Of a DNA stretch of 15,740 nucleotides, positions 1-13,464 are shown in pieces. The position numbers were made by a program, and so were the translations under genes. The stretch is from assembly GCA_043801585.1 (NCBI GenBank), contig JAZDLX010000170.1:1-15740 (forward strand). The letters are read 5' to 3'. This DNA is from a bacterium (GTDB taxonomy: Bacteria > Electryoneota > Electryoneia > Electryoneales > Electryoneaceae). The notes under the pieces were generated by a model. It was not told where the DNA came from, searched no databases, and saw only the letters and a list, made by a program, of their open reading frames with translations. The first letter of the stretch is position 1. Every line of letters begins with the position of its first letter.

Positions 1-129
1 CCCGGCGACAAGCTGAACATGGTGGTAGAGCTGATCAGCCCGATCGCGATGGACGAGTCTCTTCGCTTCGCGATCCGCGAGGGTGGCCGCACCGTCGGCG
101 CCGGCGTCGTCAGCAAGATCATCGAGTAG
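1..129 (+). CDS. tuf: Elongation factor Tu, C-terminal fragment (5' part outside window)
   Basis: Manual translation of frame 1: [42 protein letters not shown], the conserved EF-Tu C-terminus. TAG at 127-129. Confidence 0.98.
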   Translation, partial: PGDKLNMVVELISPIAMDESLRFAIREGGRTVGAGVVSKIIE

Positions 130-232
130 TTGATGATGTGATCCTGAACGCCGCCAATACGGCATCAGGGAATCCTTCTTCCTGGGTGGTGCACTCGAGG
201 GGAGATGGGAACAGGGTTACGGAAGAAAGCCG

Positions 233-400
233 ATGGCGACCGGAGCAGGGAAACGGGAGAAGGTGGTTCTGGCCTGCGAGGAGTGCCGCACCAGGAACTA
301 CACGATCACGAAAAACCGGCGGGAACATCCGGAACGTCTTGAGGTTAAAAAATACTGCCCGCATTGCGGTCGGCACACAACGCACCGGGAAGCCCGTTAG
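233..400 (+). CDS. rpmG: 50S ribosomal protein L33 (55 aa, zinc-ribbon form)
   Basis: Manual translation: [55 protein letters not shown]. Has L33 motifs (CxxC, RNY, KN, RLExKKYCPxC, H) and the usual position between tuf and tRNA-Trp/secE. Not in the ORF track. Confidence 0.97.
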   Translation: MATGAGKREKVVLACEECRTRNYTITKNRREHPERLEVKKYCPHCGRHTTHREAR

Positions 401-505
401 GCCGGGCGGCAAGCCGGTCGGCATATCGTTGGAACTGACGGGTGGATAAGCGGGTTTGAGCTTGGTTCGCCGCAAGGCGGACGGACTTCCGGAAACGGAA
501 GCCGC

Positions 506-578
506 AGGACACTAGCTCAATTGGTAGAGCACCGGTCTCCAAAACCGGGGGTTGGGGGTTCGAGTCCCTCGTGTCCTG
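506..578 (+). tRNA. trnW: tRNA-Trp (anticodon CCA); 3' CCA not encoded
   Basis: Cloverleaf: acceptor AGGACAC/GTGTCCT, D arm GCTC/GAGC, anticodon stem CCGGT/ACCGG with loop CTCCAAA (CCA at 539-541), T arm GGGGG-TTCGAGT-CCCTC, discriminator G578 followed by CAA. Confidence 0.98.
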
Positions 579-668
579 CAAGGGCTGGGCAGGAGTCCCC
601 CAGCGGTTCAGGGTAGGTCCCGCGCCGGACGTGAGTGCGCCGGGCGGGCTTGACACATGGGATGAGCG

Positions 669-851
669 ATGTTTACCAAGATTGCCAACTATCTCCGGGG
701 TGTTCGGGTGGAGATGGCCAAGGTTAACTGGCCGAAACGCGAAGAGCTCATGGAATCGACAGTGATCACACTTGTGCTTTCAATGATCCTGGCTCTGTTC
801 GTCTTTTCGGCGGATATCATCATCTCTCGTGTGATCAACTTCATCATCTAA
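669..851 (+). CDS. secE: Preprotein translocase subunit SecE (single TM, 60 aa)
   Basis: EMAKVNWP motif followed by one hydrophobic helix; lies between tRNA-Trp and nusG. Confidence 0.96.
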   Translation: MFTKIANYLRGVRVEMAKVNWPKREELMESTVITLVLSMILALFVFSADIIISRVINFII

Positions 852-863
852 GTCGAAGCGCCC

Positions 864-1403
864 ATGGAGTGGTACGTCACACACGTCTTCACCAGTCAGG
901 AGAATCGGGTGAAGGAGTATCTGGAACGCGAGGTGGAACGCCTCGGGTACCAGGAGCTCATCGGCCGAATCCTGATTCCGAGTGAGGAAATCGTCGAGAT
1001 GCGGGCCGGGAAGAAGCGTGTCAAACGCCGCAATTTCTTCCCTGGCTATCTGCTGATCGAAATGGAGCTGAACAACGAGACTCAGCACCTGGTGACGAGT
1101 ACGCCCGGTGTGATCGGTTTCATCGGCGGTACCGGCCAGGAACCGGAGCCGATTCAGCCCCACGAAGTGGACCGCATTTTCGGCAGGGTTCAAGAAAAAG
1201 CGGACACACAGACGGTGGAGATTCCGTTTGATGTGGACGATGTGGTGAAGATCACCGACGGTCCGTTCCGTGATTTCCAGGGGACGATCAAGGAGATCAA
1301 CGCTGAGAAACGCAAGCTCAAGGTCCTGGTGTCCATCTTCGGCCGAGAAACACCGGTTGAAGTGGATTTTCTCCAGGTGACCACGGATTTTAGCGAGTCG
1401 TGA
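864..1403 (+). CDS. nusG: Transcription termination/antitermination factor NusG
   Basis: NGN domain (WYV..., [17 protein letters not shown]) and KOW domain ([27 protein letters not shown]). Confidence 0.98.
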   Translation: MEWYVTHVFTSQENRVKEYLEREVERLGYQELIGRILIPSEEIVEMRAGKKRVKRRNFFPGYLLIEMELNNETQHLVTSTPGVIGFIGGTGQEPEPIQPHEVDRIFGRVQEKADTQTVEIPFDVDDVVKITDGPFRDFQGTIKEINAEKRKLKVLVSIFGRETPVEVDFLQVTTDFSES

Positions 1404-1410
1404 GGAAGTC

Positions 1411-1836
1411 ATGGCGAAGAAGGTCATCGGTCTGGCAAAGCTTGTGATCCCGGGTGGTCAGGCAACCCCTGCACCGCCGGTGGGTACCGCGCTTGGCCCG
1501 AAGGGCGTGAACATCATGGAGTTCTGCAAGGCGTTCAACGCCAAAACGCAGGACCAGCCGAGTGTACTGATCCCGGTGGAAGTTACGGTCTATCAGGACC
1601 ATTCGTTCACGTTCATCACCAAGACCCCGCCTGCCAGCTATCTGATCAAGCAGGCAGCGAAGATTGAAAAGGGCTCGGGCGAGTCCAACAGGGAAAAGGT
1701 CGGCACGATTTCCTCGAAGCAGGTTCGCGAGATCGCCGAACTGAAGATGAAGGATTTAAACGCCCATACGGTCGAGGCAGCGATGGAAATCATCGCGGGA
1801 ACGGCTCGGTCGATGGGAGTCACGGTGGAGCAGTAA
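1411..1836 (+). CDS. rplK: 50S ribosomal protein L11
   Basis: [30 protein letters not shown] and GTARSMG motifs; GAGGA just upstream of the ATG. Confidence 0.99.
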   Translation: MAKKVIGLAKLVIPGGQATPAPPVGTALGPKGVNIMEFCKAFNAKTQDQPSVLIPVEVTVYQDHSFTFITKTPPASYLIKQAAKIEKGSGESNREKVGTISSKQVREIAELKMKDLNAHTVEAAMEIIAGTARSMGVTVEQ

Positions 1837-1839
1837 ACG

Positions 1840-2544
1840 ATGAAACGAAGCCGTCGCTGGAAGGATGCCATCGCTCAGATCGATCGCGTCCGCGAGTACC
1901 AGCTCGACGAAAGCCTTGGCCTTGTCAAGGATTTCGCTTCGAAGGGCAAGTTCGATGAGACCGTCGAGCTTACCGTCAACCTCGGCGTGGATCCGCGGAA
2001 AGCGGACCAGATGATTCGTGGCACGATCACCCTGCCTCATGGTACGGGCAAAACCGTCCGCGTGCTGGTTCTGACTCCCGGTGAAAAGCAGGTCGAGGCG
2101 CGGGAAGCGGGTGCGGATTATGTCGGATTTGACGATCTGATCGAGAAGATCAACGGCGGATGGTTCGACTTTGACGTCGTCATCGCCACTCCCGACGCGA
2201 TGCGTGAGGTCGGTAAGCTGGGTAAGGCGTTGGGTCCCCGTGGACTGATGCCGAATCCGAAAACCGGCACCGTCACGTTTGACATCGCGGCCGCGGTGAA
2301 TGAGGTCAAGGCCGGCCGTATCGACTTCCGCGTGGACCGCTATGGCATCGTCCACGTTGGCGTCGGCAAGTCGTCCTTCGGCACCGAGCAGCTCCGGGAC
2401 AACGTCAACGAGGTGCTGAGGACCATTGTCCGGATGCGTCCGCCATCCGTCAAGGGAACCTATGTCCAGAAGATCACGGTTTCCTCGACGATGAGCCCGG
2501 GTGTGAAGATTGACCGAGTGAATACGCTGAGCGCGTTGAAGTAG
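1840..2544 (+). CDS. rplA: 50S ribosomal protein L1
   Basis: [28 protein letters not shown] and [16 protein letters not shown] motifs. Confidence 0.99.
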   Translation: MKRSRRWKDAIAQIDRVREYQLDESLGLVKDFASKGKFDETVELTVNLGVDPRKADQMIRGTITLPHGTGKTVRVLVLTPGEKQVEAREAGADYVGFDDLIEKINGGWFDFDVVIATPDAMREVGKLGKALGPRGLMPNPKTGTVTFDIAAAVNEVKAGRIDFRVDRYGIVHVGVGKSSFGTEQLRDNVNEVLRTIVRMRPPSVKGTYVQKITVSSTMSPGVKIDRVNTLSALK

Positions 2545-2594
2545 ACAGACCGGTTTTGCGAATGTTGATTCGCGGAAGCAGCGAGGAAAGAGCG

Positions 2595-3155
2595 ATGGGT
2601 GCCATCGAAGCGAGAGCGAATGCGGCGAAGAAAGAGGCGGTTGCCGTCCTCGAGGAAAAAATCGGCCGGGCACAGGGTCTGTACTTCACCGACTTCAGCG
2701 GCCTGACCGTTGCGCAGATCAACGAACTGCGCGGAAGATTCTTCGAGACGGGCAACAGCGAATTCGTCGTTGCCAAGAACACGTTGATCAACATTGCTCT
2801 GCACAACAAGGGAATCGAAAACGTTTCCGCTGAAGCCCTCGAGGGATCGACAGCGATGGCCATCGGTTACGAAGACCCGGTGATTCCGGCAAAGGTGGTC
2901 GCCGAGTTCGCGAAGAAGAACGAAAAGAAAAGGCCCCTGTTCAAGGGTGGCTTTGTTGACGGCGTGTTTTACGACAGCGAGAAGGTCAAGGTGATCACGG
3001 AGCTCCCGCCGATCGAGCAGATCTACGCTTCGATCGTCGGCAGCATTCAGGCGCCTCTCGCGAATTTCGTCGGTGTGCTGCACGAAATCCTGCGAAGCTT
3101 TGTTGGTGTCATCGACGCGATCATTCAGAAGAAACAGGCTGCGGGCGAAGAGTGA
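2595..3155 (+). CDS. rplJ: 50S ribosomal protein L10 (start revised to ATG 2595, 186 aa)
   Basis: DFSGLTVAQINELR, VAKNTL and LPP motifs. The ATG at 2595 follows GAGGAAAGAG, while the ORF-track TTG start at 2556 lies in a hairpin. Confidence 0.95.
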   Translation: MGAIEARANAAKKEAVAVLEEKIGRAQGLYFTDFSGLTVAQINELRGRFFETGNSEFVVAKNTLINIALHNKGIENVSAEALEGSTAMAIGYEDPVIPAKVVAEFAKKNEKKRPLFKGGFVDGVFYDSEKVKVITELPPIEQIYASIVGSIQAPLANFVGVLHEILRSFVGVIDAIIQKKQAAGEE

Positions 3156-3223
3156 GCGTCCGGGTACGGCCGGCCCCCCAGCCGATTGTAACGATATCGA
3201 AAACAACACAGTAACTGCCGTAT

Positions 3224-3607
3224 ATGGAGGTTCAGGTGGAACAGCTGATCGAAACCATCAAGAACATGAAGGTTCTTGAACTGGTCGAGCTCAAAAAGGC
3301 TCTCGAAGAGGAGTTCGGCGTTACAGCCGCGGCTCCCATGGCCATGGCGGCGGCCGCTCCCGTGAACGGTGGTGAAGCCGCTGCTGCCGAGGAGAAGGAC
3401 AGCTTCGACGTCATCCTCAAGGAGGGTGGTGCTTCCAAGATTCAGGTGATCAAGGTTGTCCGTCAGATCACGGGTCTCGGCCTGAAAGAGGCCAAGGATC
3501 TCGTCGACGGCGCCCCGAAGCCGATCAAGGAAGGTGTCATGAAGGACGAAGCCGAAAGCATCAAGAAGAAGGTCGAGGAAGTCGGCGGCGTCGTGGAGCT
3601 GAAGTAG
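3224..3607 (+). CDS. rplL: 50S ribosomal protein L7/L12 (start ATG 3224 or GTG 3236)
   Basis: [11 protein letters not shown], Ala-rich hinge, [29 protein letters not shown] at 3226-3230 sits 5 nt before an in-frame GTG at 3236, so the start is ambiguous. Confidence 0.97.
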   Translation: MEVQVEQLIETIKNMKVLELVELKKALEEEFGVTAAAPMAMAAAAPVNGGEAAAAEEKDSFDVILKEGGASKIQVIKVVRQITGLGLKEAKDLVDGAPKPIKEGVMKDEAESIKKKVEEVGGVVELK

Positions 3608-3647
3608 ATTGGCCCCGTGCGGCGTACCCGATCTCGATGTTGTGCCC

Positions 3648-3681
3648 AGCGGACCACCCGCGAGGGAGGGCTCCGCTTTTT
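3648..3681 (+). terminator. Intrinsic terminator/attenuator between rplL and rpoB
   Basis: AGCGGA-CC-A-CCC-[GCGA]-GGG-A-GG-GC-TCCGCT followed by a T run (3677-3681). Same position as the known E. coli rplL-rpoB attenuator. Confidence 0.75.
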
Positions 3682-3718
3682 CGTGTCTTAGCGGCGTGCA
3701 GTTATCCAGGAGGCTTCT

Positions 3719-7504
<3,786 letters not shown>

Positions 7505-7603
7505 TGACGTTCCACGTGCGGATCACACCGCACGGATGAAGGCAGGGATTGCGGCGCCGGTTTTAAGCCGGGCCGCCCTGGATAGTATTCAAGGAGGGTT
7601 GCC

Positions 7604-12001
<4,398 letters not shown>

Positions 12002-12006
12002 GGGAG

Positions 12007-12035
12007 TTGACTCCGGGGCTGTTTTACCCTATACT
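12007..12035 (+). promoter_or_regulatory. sigma70-type promoter for the str operon leader
   Basis: TTGACT (12007-12012), exactly 17 nt, TATACT (12030-12035). Each hexamer matches TTGACA/TATAAT at 5 of 6 positions. Predicted TSS about 12041-12043. Confidence 0.8.
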
Positions 12036-12041
12036 TCCCGG

Positions 12042-12423
12042 GCTTCAACGATATCCTGCTGAGATCAAAATTCCGGGGTGTGAGCGCTGTCGGTCCCCAA
12101 TCCCCGCCCGGCAGATGAATCGCGAACTCGGACGCAGGAACAGAAGAGTTTGGGGATGACCGTAACGGGCGGTGCGGGGATGCATCGCTCGTTGCTGTTT
12201 GCCTCCTTTCAAAGGAAGGTAGACCCGTCAGAAACATGGGTTTAGGGTCGCTTTGAAAGGGGGCCGAGTCATGGAAAGGGGAGGGTTGAAAACCCTCTTT
12301 TTCTTCATGATGAGGCATTGAGGAAAGCCGCGAACGGTTGGTTTGCGGGTCCGATAGAGCAGAAGTTCGGGCGGATGCCGGAATGCGCATCGCCCAGCGG
12401 CGACGGAGAGGACGGAGTCGTTT
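12042..12423 (+). ncRNA. Long structured 5' leader or candidate ncRNA upstream of rpsL (family not recognised)
   Basis: Consecutive stems read by eye at 12082-12190, 12201-12264, 12269-12310, 12328-12348, 12369-12395 and 12399-12422. No credible long CDS. Confidence 0.5.
12281..12305 (+). terminator. Intrinsic terminator-like hairpin inside the rpsL leader
   Basis: GAGGGTT-GAA-AACCCTC followed by TTTTTCTT. Confidence 0.65.
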
Positions 12424-12798
12424 ATGCCGACAGTCAACCAGCTGGTCCGCAAGGGCCGTGCGAAGCAGGTCAAGAAGACGAGTGCTCCGGCACTGCAGAA
12501 TTGCCCTCAGCGGCGCGGTGTCTGCACCCGTGTGTATACGACCACACCGAAGAAACCGAACTCGGCGCTTCGCAAGGTCGCACGCGTTCGTCTTTCGAAC
12601 GGTATCGAGGTGACGGCGTACATCCCGGGTGAAGGTCATAACCTGCAGGAGCACTCGATCGTGCTGATCCGTGGCGGTCGTGTCAAGGACCTTCCGGGCG
12701 TGCGCTATCACATCATCCGCGGCACCTTGGACGCTTCGGGTGTGGCGGACCGCAACCAGAGCCGCAGCAAGTACGGCACGAAGAGAGCGAAGAAGTAA
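12424..12798 (+). CDS. rpsL: 30S ribosomal protein S12
   Basis: [33 protein letters not shown] and [11 protein letters not shown] motifs. The streptomycin-site lysines are wild type. Confidence 0.99.
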   Translation: MPTVNQLVRKGRAKQVKKTSAPALQNCPQRRGVCTRVYTTTPKKPNSALRKVARVRLSNGIEVTAYIPGEGHNLQEHSIVLIRGGRVKDLPGVRYHIIRGTLDASGVADRNQSRSKYGTKRAKK

Positions 12799-12855
12799 CG
12801 TCGCCGGTTTCCCGCAAAGGCGGGACGGGACGGCAGCGATTGAGGAACGGACGAT

Positions 12856-13326
12856 ATGGCCAGGCGGAAACGCGCAGTCAAACGGGAAATTCTCCCCGAC
12901 CCGAAATTCAACTCGATCAAGATTGCCAAGTTCATCAACAACATGATGGGCCGGGGCAAGAAGTCGGTCGCCGAAGGTGTTGTGTACAAGGCCATCGACA
13001 TCATGGAGGAGAAGACCAAAGGGCAGGGAGTCGTGACGTTCGAGAAGGCGCTTCGTAATGCTCAGCCGATGGTTGAGGTCAAATCCCGTCGTGTTGGTGG
13101 CAGCACCTACCAGGTTCCCGTGGAGGTGCGTCAGGATCGCGGCCAGGCCTTGGCGTCACGCTGGCTGATCACCTTTTCGAAGGCTCGTCCGGGCCGCAAC
13201 ATGGCGGAGAAGCTTGCCGCCGAAATGATGGCCTGTGCGAACGGCGAAGGTACAACGATCAAGAAAAAAGAAGACACTCATAAAATGGCGGAGGCAAATA
13301 AAGCCTTCGCGCATTTCCGCTGGTAA
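12856..13326 (+). CDS. rpsG: 30S ribosomal protein S7
   Basis: GKKSVAE, EVKSRRVGGSTYQVPVEV and HKMAEANKAFAHFRW motifs. Confidence 0.99.
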   Translation: MARRKRAVKREILPDPKFNSIKIAKFINNMMGRGKKSVAEGVVYKAIDIMEEKTKGQGVVTFEKALRNAQPMVEVKSRRVGGSTYQVPVEVRQDRGQALASRWLITFSKARPGRNMAEKLAAEMMACANGEGTTIKKKEDTHKMAEANKAFAHFRW

Positions 13327-13464
13327 GCGGCGGCATGGTTCCGCTGCTTCCCGGCTGATACAGTCACGGGGAAGGGCGGTAACTGTGAACCAGTTTCGGC
13401 TCTTTCTCAAGCGAAAGCGGAACGAAAGGTACCGGGGAACTTCCCGGTTGGATGGCAGACGAGC

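Noticed and set aside
142..180. Hairpin CCTGA-AC-GCCG-CCAATA-CGGC-A-TCAGG after the tuf stop as a terminator
   Set aside because: The stem is interrupted and not directly followed by a U-tract, so it is at most a stability hairpin.
205..342. ATG directly after GAGGGGAG upstream of rpmG
   Set aside because: The SD abuts the ATG, the ORF is out of frame with L33, and the peptide is unrecognisable.
138..449. 103-aa + strand ORF and overlapping - strand ORFs (119-475, 345-656)
   Set aside because: They overlap the real rpmG in another frame or the tRNA-Trp, and have no recognisable protein features.
650..679. Perfect TTGACA -35 hexamer before secE
   Set aside because: No adequate -10 at 16-18 nt spacing (best are TTACCA or TACCAA, lacking the conserved final T).
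2546..2582. CAGACC...GGAAGCAGC resembling SRP RNA helix 8
   Set aside because: There is no GNRA-capped short stem between the two parts and no long closing helix; the spacer is only 50 nt.
12320..12330. GAGGAAAGCC resembling the RNase P RNA GAGGAAAGUCC motif
   Set aside because: It is mismatched, rpsL starts about 100 nt later leaving no room for the rest of the RNA, and the 3' conserved P4 strand is not seen.
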